24,000 nucleotides of DNA from Methanomassiliicoccaceae archaeon (GTDB lineage Archaea > Thermoplasmatota > Thermoplasmata > Methanomassiliicoccales > Methanomassiliicoccaceae): contig CAVSJV010000007.1 of the NCBI GenBank assembly GCA_963728405.1, forward strand, positions 278,764-302,763, in the 5' to 3' direction. The notes beneath the pieces are model-generated. The model worked only from the letters and a program-made list of their open reading frames with translations. It had not been told where the DNA came from and made no database searches. Made by a program: the position numbers and the translations under genes. Shown piece by piece: positions 1 to 7,785 of the stretch (the stretch's first letter is position 1; each line of letters starts with the position of its first letter).

Positions 1-189
1 GATGAGAGAGGCGCAGGGCCAGGAGGGTAGAAATTATCCCGACTGGCTCAGCCAGTAAAACCGAGCTAGTCAATTAAGTTTGCCCGGATGCCCGCCCCGT
101 GTCCGGGCTGCGAAAAGAGCATCGGAACACCGAGCGTTGCCTAATCCTTTAATAAGCCTGGAATAATCCCTGAACCAGAAGGTAAGGGC

Positions 190-1539
190 ATGGCCAAGAA
201 GATCATAATCATCGGGTCCGGAGCGGCGGGTATGACCGCAGCATCCTCGGCAAGGGCGGCCAATAAAGAGGCCGAGATAATCGTGTTCACCGAAGAGGAG
301 CATATATCTTACTCGCCGTGCGCCATCCCCTTCGTGTTGGAAGGGAAGATCAAGGATTTCCCCTCCATCGTGATGCACCACCCAGAATTTTATCGCCGGG
401 AAAGGAACATCGATGTGCGCACCCGGTCCAAGGTCACCGCGGTCGATGCGGAGAAAAAGACCGTCACCCTCGTCGATGGGACCACGATACCTTACGACAG
501 CATCATCCTGGCCACTGGTGGCACGGTGTTCGTCCCCCCCATCGAGGGGGCGGGCCTGCCCGGGGTGTTCAAGGTCCGGTTCATCCAGGACGGCATAGAT
601 ATCCAAAAGGCCATGCTCACGGCCCGCTCGATCGTGGTGGCCGGCGCGGGGGTCATCGGTCTGGAAGTAGCGGTCGCTCTCCGCCGTGCGGGCAAGGACG
701 TGACCGTGGTAGAGATGTTCTCTCAGGTCATCCCAAGGATCTGCGATCCAGACATGGCCAGGGAAATGCAGACCTACTGCGAGAGCCTGGGCATCAAGTT
801 CATGATGGGTCTGCCCCTTGGTTCGATCAGGGGGGCAGGAATGGTAGAGAAGGTCCTGGTTGGCAATACTGAGGTGGGGTGCGACATGGTCATCATGGCC
901 ACCGGCGTCAGGGCCAACCTCGAGCTGCCGAACATGCTTGGTCTGGAGATCGGTCCGCTAGGTGCGGTGCGGGTCTCGCCGACCCTCCAGCCCTACAAGA
1001 AAGGCCGTCTGGTGAAGGACATGTATATGGCGGGCGACGTGGTCATGTGCGAGAGCGCCGCAGCTCCTGGCCCTACGATGAGCCAGCTGGGGTCGACCGC
1101 GGTGAGACAGGGCCGTGTCGCCGGGGTCAATGCTGCAGGAGGCTATGGTACCTTCCCGGCGGTCCTAAGTGCCTGGGTGTCGCAGATCGGCGAGCTTCAG
1201 GTGGGCGGGACGGGTTTGTCGAAGGGCCTGGCCGATTATTATGGTCTCAATGTGGTGGAGGGTACGGCGGCCGGGCTGACCAAGGCCCGATATTATCCAG
1301 GTGGTAAGAAGCTCATGGTTAAGCTCATCGCGGATCGGGAGACCCGCAGACTGCTGGGTGCCCAGATCGTGGCTGGCGAGGAGGTCACCGGACGCATCAA
1401 CTGGCTGACTGGTGCGATCATGAAGGGTGTGACTGCAGATGAGTTCATGAACTCGTTCGAGAACGCCTACTGCCCCCCGACCTCTATGGTCAAGGATGTC
1501 GTCAACATCGCAGCGGAGGACCTGGTCCGGAGGCTCTGA
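190..1539 (+). CDS. Pyridine nucleotide-disulfide oxidoreductase, CoA-disulfide reductase / NADH oxidase family
   Basis: 449-aa ORF. N-terminal GSGAAG FAD fold, single redox Cys in SYSPCAIPF (Nox/CoADR type), and a second GAGVIGLE NAD(P)H fold. TATA-like TTTAATAA at 148-155, and AAGGTAAGG just before the ATG. Confidence 0.85.
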   Translation: MAKKIIIIGSGAAGMTAASSARAANKEAEIIVFTEEEHISYSPCAIPFVLEGKIKDFPSIVMHHPEFYRRERNIDVRTRSKVTAVDAEKKTVTLVDGTTIPYDSIILATGGTVFVPPIEGAGLPGVFKVRFIQDGIDIQKAMLTARSIVVAGAGVIGLEVAVALRRAGKDVTVVEMFSQVIPRICDPDMAREMQTYCESLGIKFMMGLPLGSIRGAGMVEKVLVGNTEVGCDMVIMATGVRANLELPNMLGLEIGPLGAVRVSPTLQPYKKGRLVKDMYMAGDVVMCESAAAPGPTMSQLGSTAVRQGRVAGVNAAGGYGTFPAVLSAWVSQIGELQVGGTGLSKGLADYYGLNVVEGTAAGLTKARYYPGGKKLMVKLIADRETRRLLGAQIVAGEEVTGRINWLTGAIMKGVTADEFMNSFENAYCPPTSMVKDVVNIAAEDLVRRL

Positions 1540-1540
1540 G

Positions 1541-1825
1541 ATGACCAGGGTCCTTTTCAGGACCTTTGGCCATATCACCGCCATAACCAAGGGGAACCAG
1601 TTGGAGATCGAGTTCCCCGGGGCTACCATCGAGGAGTTCCTCATCGAGATGGTCAAGAGGTTCGGAAAGCCCATGGGAGGTGTCCTCTTTCCCCAGGGGG
1701 AGAGTTTCTCGGAGATGCTGTATGTGTTGGTCAACGGTAAGAACATGGCCTACCTGGACGGACCGAGAACCTCGCTCAAGGATGGAGATATAGTATCTAT
1801 CCTGCCGATGACTGCTGGTGGATAA
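1541..1825 (+). CDS. MoaD/ThiS/SAMP-like ubiquitin-fold protein with C-terminal Gly-Gly
   Basis: 94-aa ORF starting 1 nt after the upstream TGA (tgagATG). It ends ...LKDGDIVSILPMTAGG*, the typical MoaD/SAMP beta-grasp C-terminus. Confidence 0.7.
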   Translation: MTRVLFRTFGHITAITKGNQLEIEFPGATIEEFLIEMVKRFGKPMGGVLFPQGESFSEMLYVLVNGKNMAYLDGPRTSLKDGDIVSILPMTAGG

Positions 1826-1995
1826 AGGCCGCTGTCTCCATATGCTGTTCGCATGAAAGATGAGCGGCGGACGCGATACCTCCAATGCCGAGGGCCCAAA
1901 ACGAATCAACAGGCCCGCATTTTCTAGATCTGGACACACATGACCCATGATCGAACTGGAACGTTATGGGCTCACATCGAGTGATCAAATATTAT

Positions 1996-2002
1996 AAAAA
2001 AA
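1996..2002 (-). terminator. Oligo-T tract downstream of glnK (archaeal-type terminator)
   Basis: A7 on the plus strand reads as T7 on the minus strand, about 27 nt after the glnK stop. Confidence 0.4.
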
Positions 2003-2028
2003 TAGGAAAGGGTTTGAGGTGACACTGG

Positions 2029-2367
2029 TCAGATGGCGCTCTTTCCTCTCTCCTTGGAGCTGACTCGGATGACCTCATCGACGGTCCAGACGAATATCTT
2101 CCCGTCTCCGATGGTGCCAGTGCTGGTCACGTCAAGGATGATGTTGACTGCCTTCTCGACATCGGCATCGTCCACTACTGTTTCCAGCTTGATCTTGGGC
2201 AGCAGGTCGATATCATAGACGGCGCCCCTCCATTGACGGGTCTGCCCTTTTTGCCTCCCCCGGCCTTGGATCTCGGTCACATTTAGCCCGAGTATTCCTT
2301 GCGCTTCCAGGGCCTTCTTTACCTCTCCGAGCTTCTCGTGTCTAATGATTGCCTGGACCATTTTCAT
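2029..2367 (-). CDS. glnK: Nitrogen regulatory protein P-II (GlnK)
   Basis: 112 aa. T-loop GRGRQKGQTRQWRGAVY with Tyr51 retained, and the C-terminal TGxIGDGKIFV motif. Its start overlaps the amt stop (ATGA). Confidence 0.92.
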   Translation of the reverse strand: MKMVQAIIRHEKLGEVKKALEAQGILGLNVTEIQGRGRQKGQTRQWRGAVYDIDLLPKIKLETVVDDADVEKAVNIILDVTSTGTIGDGKIFVWTVDEVIRVSSKERGKSAI

Positions 2368-3863
2368 CGGTTGTTCCCTCCCAGGTTAAAGTCCTTGATG
2401 ACCATTTCTGGATAGGCGATGGCGTTATGCTCACTAATATCCAGACCTTCCCTCTCTTCGGCCTCGGAAACCCTGATGCCCATGATCCTCTTCAGAACAT
2501 AGAACAGTAGGTATCCAAGGCCAAACGCCCAAAGGACCACGACCGCAACGTTGATCATCTCGACGAGGAAGAACCCCGCGTTGCCATAGAGCAGGCCGGT
2601 GACCAGCGGACCGTCCGTGGAGTAGACCCCGTAGGTGCCGTCAGCGAACAGGCCCAGGGCGAGAAGGCCCCACACGCCGTTAAGCCCGTGGACCGATACT
2701 GCCCCGACCACGTCATCGATACCTTTCTTCTCGATGAACCATATGCCGTAGCAGACCACGAAGCCAGCAATAACGCCGATGAGCATCGCTGCCCACGGAG
2801 CGACCCAAGCGCAGCCTGCGGTTATTCCGACCAGACCGGCGATGACGCCGTTGATGGTCATGCTGACATCGGGCTTCCCGGTCCTCCTCCAAGTGATGAA
2901 CATCGCGGCTATGCCGCCGGCAGCCCCGGCGAGTGTGGTAGTGACGGCGATGCGGGAGATGACCAGCTGCTGGGCCGAGAGCGTGCTGCCAGGGTTGAAG
3001 CCGAACCAGCCGAACCACAGGATGAACCCGCCCAGTACGGCCAGGGTCAGGTTGTGGCCCGGTATGGGCAGGGGCTTGCCGTCCTTGGTATACTTGCCGA
3101 TACGAGGCCCAATAAGAATGCAAGCGGCCAGTGCGATGAACCCACCCAGCGCATGAACGACCCCGGACCCGGCGAAATCAAGGGCCCCATAACCGCCACC
3201 CAGGTCCGTCATGAACGTGGAGGTGGCCAGCCAACCGCCGCCCCATACCCAGTGAGCGTAGATCGGGTAGATCAAAGCAGAAACGATCACACTGTATATG
3301 ATGTAAACCTTGAACTTCGGCCTCTCGGCGATGGCCCCGCTGACGATCGTCGAAGCAGTGGCTGCGAACACCAGCATGAAGAACCAAAGTAACATGGTGT
3401 TGACATCATAGGAATCACCCAGGAGCATGAACGCAGATGTCGGATCTCCAATGATCCCACCTATGTCAGGTCCCAGCAGGAGCGAATATCCCAGAATGAA
3501 GAACGCTATGGTCCCCAGAACGAAATCCACCAGGTTCTTCATCAGCACGTTTGCCACATTCTTGACCCGGCACATGCCTGCTTCAAGCAGGGCAAAGCCT
3601 GCCTGCATGAAGAAGACCAGGAACGCGCAGACCAGGATCCATACAAAATCAATCGACAGGACCGCCCCGTCCAGATCGGGCGTATATGTGGCTGCTCCAC
3701 TGGGATCTCCAGATGCCATGGCGGTACCTGGGATCAAGGCTACAAGGGCAACGACGGCCAGCAGACCAATTAGGGCCTGCCTGTTACTTCCACCCCTCCT
3801 TGAAGGAGATGCAGGCCGGGGCGAACGGTCATTCCACTCATCGGTCGTTTCATCCATTTTCAT
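2364..3863 (-). CDS. amtB: Ammonium transporter (Amt family)
   Basis: 499 aa, polytopic. Has FVFFMQAGFALLEAG and the paired-His regions (AGSGVVHALGG, VSVHGLNGVWG). N-terminal signal/anchor segment. GAGGT sits 7 nt upstream of the ATG. Confidence 0.93.
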   Translation of the reverse strand: MKMDETTDEWNDRSPRPASPSRRGGSNRQALIGLLAVVALVALIPGTAMASGDPSGAATYTPDLDGAVLSIDFVWILVCAFLVFFMQAGFALLEAGMCRVKNVANVLMKNLVDFVLGTIAFFILGYSLLLGPDIGGIIGDPTSAFMLLGDSYDVNTMLLWFFMLVFAATASTIVSGAIAERPKFKVYIIYSVIVSALIYPIYAHWVWGGGWLATSTFMTDLGGGYGALDFAGSGVVHALGGFIALAACILIGPRIGKYTKDGKPLPIPGHNLTLAVLGGFILWFGWFGFNPGSTLSAQQLVISRIAVTTTLAGAAGGIAAMFITWRRTGKPDVSMTINGVIAGLVGITAGCAWVAPWAAMLIGVIAGFVVCYGIWFIEKKGIDDVVGAVSVHGLNGVWGLLALGLFADGTYGVYSTDGPLVTGLLYGNAGFFLVEMINVAVVVLWAFGLGYLLFYVLKRIMGIRVSEAEEREGLDISEHNAIAYPEMVIKDFNLGGNNR

Positions 3864-4553
3864 ACCTCGTCGTCTCGTTCTTTGACCGGCCTTGTCAGTC
3901 CACCAGAGGTGAGGCCAAGCCTCTCTTTTCTACGGTAGAATTCCAACCCGGCAAAGATTTGATGCGTCGAATCGCCCCGACCTAGGACAGTTCATCAACA
4001 TCTTTGGGACGGGAGTAGTCATTTGACCAACGCATCGGCTAGGATAATAGATGAATGTATATTAATCAATACGTCAATAAGATATAAAGTTATAATTCTT
4101 ATAAACTAATATTCAATCATATATGAATCGCATTGAAGACTAGCGATTCATCTAATCACTAAATCTTAACAAACACAATGGGCACAGTGATCAATATTAA
4201 AACATTCGACATGTCCGTGCTGAACGAACAAAGCTGCTCGTTGAAATTTTGAGATGGCGCCAGGGGATAGATGGGCCTGATGTTCGCCCCTCACAATGCC
4301 TCATCGAGAAATGTGGAGCAGGAAGACTTTCCATACGGGGTCGGCCTTAAACTTATTCTATTACGACCCCATTGAACAATAACACTGTGTCCTTCTATCG
4401 ATGAGGTCGAGCATGGTTCGAACTTGGCCCTTTGACCAATGAGCAACAGTAGGGCATTATCATGACCGATACTTTAATCAGGTCCTTGAAATACTAATAG
4501 AGCAGATATTAGTGTGCACTTGTTCTGTCGTTAGGGGATGCGGAGGAGTGGAA

Positions 4554-4700
4554 ATGAGAGACTCAGAGATCCTCCAAGTTAAGACAGCGGTCCGCCTACT
4601 GGGCGGCATGAGGGATGAAGTTGAATCCTGGCCCAGCGTCAAATGTCCCCGTCCGGCCTACGAGCTCGTCTCGGAGGAACACGAAGCGGAAAAGGCCTGA
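4554..4700 (+). CDS. Hypothetical small protein (48 aa)
   Basis: ATG preceded by GGAGGAGTGGAA (strong SD-like spacing) and followed by a hairpin plus T5 at 4764-4790. I recognise no similarity to any family. Confidence 0.3.
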   Translation: MRDSEILQVKTAVRLLGGMRDEVESWPSVKCPRPAYELVSEEHEAEKA

Positions 4701-4763
4701 TGCTATCTCTCGTCGTAGGACTGACCACATATTCCCATCAATCCAGCCGTGGCCAGAATTATT

Positions 4764-4790
4764 GCGCCTCTATCGACGGCGCTAATTTTT
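4764..4790 (+). terminator. Hairpin plus T5 terminator-like element
   Basis: GCGCC (4764-4768) / GGCGC (4778-4782) stem with a 9-nt loop, followed by TAATTTTT. Confidence 0.4.
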
Positions 4791-4917
4791 CAAAATCAGA
4801 TGATCTGTAACTCAAATCAGCATCTCTATATCCATCCAGTTCGTTCTCCATATCACTCAGTCGTACAATGGATTTGAACAAGCCGCGTAGCAAAAATGCT
4901 AGGTGGTGATGGGTGGG

Positions 4918-5391
4918 ATGGGGCGGTTCAAATTTCTCAAGGCCAGTAATTATAAGGATTACTGGATAATCAACGAGCTCGTCGAGCAGTGCAACGAAGA
5001 GGGCAAGGACGGACGGTTCCGGTGGTGCTATGCTCCCCGAGAGCACATGACATTGCCCCATATAGACGATGATTGCGAGGCTAAATTGGTGGTGACCAAA
5101 GACAAGGTCCCTAAGATCGTCGGTTTCTATTCCTACAACTCCTTGGGCAAAAGATTGGATGTCCTCTATGTGGTGCCTAACAAGCGGGGGCATCACATCG
5201 CCACTGACATCATCGACAACTTCCTGCGCATGTTCCCGAAGGAGAGGGAACTCTATGTTCTGAACCCCTGCAGGGCGGTTCGGAAGATGCTCAATAAGCA
5301 CTACTCCGGGAGGTTCATCGCGGTCATGGCCGATGGCGCGAGCATGCAGACCATACACTTCGAGGAAGAGGACCTGGCCTTTTCGAATTGA
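4918..5391 (+). CDS. Small GNAT-fold (acetyltransferase-like) protein, hypothetical
   Basis: The plus-strand ORF has a realistic composition. LDVLYVVPNKRGHHIATDIIDNFL resembles GNAT motif A. AGGTGGTGA lies upstream, and alternative starts exist at 4903 (GTG) and 4909. The antisense ORF 4759-5358 looks like a shadow. Confidence 0.5.
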   Translation: MGRFKFLKASNYKDYWIINELVEQCNEEGKDGRFRWCYAPREHMTLPHIDDDCEAKLVVTKDKVPKIVGFYSYNSLGKRLDVLYVVPNKRGHHIATDIIDNFLRMFPKERELYVLNPCRAVRKMLNKHYSGRFIAVMADGASMQTIHFEEEDLAFSN

Positions 5392-5434
5392 TTCATGAAA
5401 TAAAAAGATAAAGGAAAAGGATTTGAGAAGGGTT

Positions 5435-6898
5435 TTATCGCTTCACGCATCGAAGTACAGATAGAAACTCCGAAGGGTGCGGCCGCAGCCGGACATAATC
5501 ATTCTCCTTCAGCATTTTATAGGAGATCCAGTTGCTGATGAAATCCTCGCTGAAGACCCCACCACGGGTAAGGAACTCGTGGTCCGCCTCCAGGGCGTCA
5601 AGCGCCTTCTCGAGGGAGCCAGGCACGGTCTTGATCTCGGCCAGCTCTTTCTTGGAGAGTTCGAACATATCCATGTCGTGGGGTTCGCCTGGGTCGATCT
5701 TCCTCTTGATGCCGTCAAGGCCAGCCATGAGCATGGCGGAGAATGCCAGGTACGGGTTAGAGGTTGCGTCTGGCGGGCGGTACTCGATCCTCTTGGACTT
5801 GGGGCTCTTGGAGTACACTGGGATCCTTACTGCGGCCGATCGGTTACGGGCGGAGTAGACCAGGTTAACAGGCGCCTCGTAGCCTGGCACTAGCCGGCGG
5901 TACGAGTTGGTGGACGGGGAGGTCAGGGCTAGGAGGGCAGGGGAATGTGCCAGCAGACCGCCGATGTAATATAGGGCGTTCTGGGACAGCAGGGAGTAGC
6001 CCTTCTTGTCATAGAATACGTTCTCTCCGTTCTTGGCCAGGCTCTGATGGACGTGCATGCCGGTGCCGTTGTCGCCGAACAGGGGCTTGGGCATGAAAGT
6101 GATTGTCTTGCCAGCCGCAGCGGCGGTGTTCTTCATCACGTACTTATACATCATGACCTGGTCGGCCATCTTGGCCAGGGTCTGGAAGCGCATGCCTATC
6201 TCGCCCTGACCGGCGGTGGCGACCTCGTGGTGATGAACCTCGCACTCGATGCCCGCTGCCATCAGGTTAAGGACGCACTGGGACCGGAAGTCCTGTAATG
6301 AGTCGGTCGGGGGAACGGGGAAATAGCCCTCCTTGTTGCGGGGGCGGTGGCCGTGGTTCTTGCCGTCAATGTTGTTGCCGGAGTTCCATATGCCCTCGTC
6401 GGAGTCGATGTAGTAATAGCCGGAGTGCTGGTTCTGATCAAACCTGACCGAGTCGAAGACGAAGAACTCCAGCTCGGGGCCCATGTAAACGGTGTCGGCA
6501 ATGCCGGTGCTCTTGAGGAATTCCTCGGCCTTCTGGGCGATGTATCGGGGGTCTTTCTCATACCTGGCACCGTTAACGGGCTCGCGGACATCGCAGATGA
6601 CCGAGAGCGTGGGGATCTTACACGCGGGGTCCATGATGGCCGTGTTCATATCGGGAACCAGTAGCATGTCGCTTTCGTTGATTTGTGCGAACCCACGGAT
6701 GGATGATGCGTCGAACCCGACGCCATCCTGAAGGAGATCCTCGCACATCCTGCCGGCCGGGTAGGAGATATGCTGAAGGGTACCGGGCACGTCAGTGAAC
6801 TTGAAGTCCACCATCTTGACCTGGCCGGTAGAGCACATCTCCATCGCCGCGGCCTTCGTATCGTTATTCTTAGCCTGCTTCTTGGATGCTGCCGCCAT
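5435..6898 (-). CDS. glnA: Glutamine synthetase type I (C-terminal 9 codons out of frame)
   Basis: Contains the GS motifs FDASSIRGF, GPELEFFVFD, GTGMHVHQSL and NSYRRLVPGYEAP. ATG at 6898 (alternatives at 6844 and 6838). The ORF extension to 7012 is not GS-like. The canonical C-terminus is only recovered in the +1 frame (see findings). Confidence 0.9.
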   Translation of the reverse strand: MAAASKKQAKNNDTKAAAMEMCSTGQVKMVDFKFTDVPGTLQHISYPAGRMCEDLLQDGVGFDASSIRGFAQINESDMLLVPDMNTAIMDPACKIPTLSVICDVREPVNGARYEKDPRYIAQKAEEFLKSTGIADTVYMGPELEFFVFDSVRFDQNQHSGYYYIDSDEGIWNSGNNIDGKNHGHRPRNKEGYFPVPPTDSLQDFRSQCVLNLMAAGIECEVHHHEVATAGQGEIGMRFQTLAKMADQVMMYKYVMKNTAAAAGKTITFMPKPLFGDNGTGMHVHQSLAKNGENVFYDKKGYSLLSQNALYYIGGLLAHSPALLALTSPSTNSYRRLVPGYEAPVNLVYSARNRSAAVRIPVYSKSPKSKRIEYRPPDATSNPYLAFSAMLMAGLDGIKRKIDPGEPHDMDMFELSKKELAEIKTVPGSLEKALDALEADHEFLTRGGVFSEDFISNWISYKMLKENDYVRLRPHPSEFLSVLRCVKR

Positions 6899-7153
6899 AT
6901 TGTCACAACCTTTTTTTCTTAAGCCTCGTCGGGACTCGAAGGGCCGGACGAGGTCCGGGGTGAGGCCCCCATTTGTGAAGCCGCCTGAGCTGCCCGCGCT
7001 AACTGGACACACATGAATCCAAGATATTTCTTCGATTCCAGTGTATCATTTTTGGCACTCACGGCAACTGCCTATAGACAAATACCTAATTAAAGCTTTT
7101 TGAACGAGACAAATGGCGATATATTATAATAATGCAGCATCATATGGACTATT

Positions 7154-7168
7154 GGAATAATAGATTCC
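7154..7168. promoter_or_regulatory. Inverted repeat GGAAT-N5-ATTCC in the glnA / ORF7206 divergent intergenic region
   Basis: ggaataatagattcc has perfect 5-bp arms and lies in an AT-rich promoter region. Confidence 0.3.
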
Positions 7169-7205
7169 TATATGAATTAATATCTTTATTGATAATGCAC
7201 AATTG

Positions 7206-7709
7206 ATGAAAAATTGGGCAATCTCATATGGCGGCGGCTCTAACATATCCTACATGTTCGAACGATTGAACGAGCAGGAGAATATCGGAGCCACGGCCAG
7301 ACCGCCCCGGAAGATGCAGAGCGAGTCCGATCATGTCCATCGGGCCGTCTTCTCCCGAACCGGGCAGCTGAGAGAAGAGCGGCCTGGGGCCCAGATCACC
7401 GAGGAGCTGCAGGATCAGGAGCCTCGGGCGATACTGAAGGTAGTAGAATCGGGAAGGCCGGTCAGGGTGGAATTCATCGAATCCATGTTCTCTGCCGACC
7501 AGCTGCGATTCCTAGAAGAATATGTTCAGGCGGCCAGGCAGAGTGGGGAACTTGCCGTCCTGTACCCGGGCCAAAGCTTTCCTGAAGAGTACGTCCTTAG
7601 GGTGGTCCAGATCATCTTCGAGCGGATCAGATTTGCCGGTGTAAAGGGTGAGGTCTCGGTCCATGGTTTTCTCTATGATTTTGAGGGATTTCCACGTGAG
7701 ATTGTCTAG
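7206..7709 (+). CDS. Hypothetical protein
   Basis: 167-aa ORF (ATG 7206; alternative at 7254) with protein-like composition. I recognise no family. TAG stop. Confidence 0.5.
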   Translation: MKNWAISYGGGSNISYMFERLNEQENIGATARPPRKMQSESDHVHRAVFSRTGQLREERPGAQITEELQDQEPRAILKVVESGRPVRVEFIESMFSADQLRFLEEYVQAARQSGELAVLYPGQSFPEEYVLRVVQIIFERIRFAGVKGEVSVHGFLYDFEGFPREIV

Positions 7710-7785
7710 TCGATTGTACTATACTGATACAGGTGGCCTAAAACGAAGTGATTTATAACTCCCGGTGAATTGGGAGGCGAGAGCT

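Noticed and set aside
82-108. Hairpin GCCCGGA-N13-TCCGGGC upstream of the first gene.
   Set aside because: No adjacent T-tract occurs on either strand, and the upstream gene lies outside the window, so I cannot assign a function.
156-166. The 11-mer GCCTGGAATAA repeated at 18676-18686, and GGAATAAT-like strings in several promoters.
   Set aside because: Dozens of shared 11-mers are expected by chance in 24 kb, and these lie in AT-rich promoter sequence.
70-606. 178-aa minus-strand ORF overlapping the CoADR gene.
   Set aside because: It is antisense to a well-supported gene, has an Arg/Gly/Asp-rich composition typical of GC-rich shadow frames, and shows no recognisable motifs.
2200-2260. Possible loss of the GlnK modification site.
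   Set aside because: Alignment to E. coli GlnK by eye shows Tyr51 is retained (RGAVY). Only Tyr46 is replaced, by Trp. This is not remarkable.
2688-3392. Several plus-strand ORFs (234, 125 and 152 aa) inside amtB.
   Set aside because: They are antisense to the 499-aa Amt transporter and have no supporting signals.
4415-4422. A GGTTCGAA T-loop-like string suggesting a tRNA.
   Set aside because: There is no complementary T-stem, acceptor stem or anticodon arm around it.
6899-7012. N-terminal extension of the glnA ORF (MCPVSAGSSGG...).
   Set aside because: It is open only because the sequence is GC-rich. It is not GS-like, and ATG 6898 has an upstream purine-rich site. I treat it as leader.
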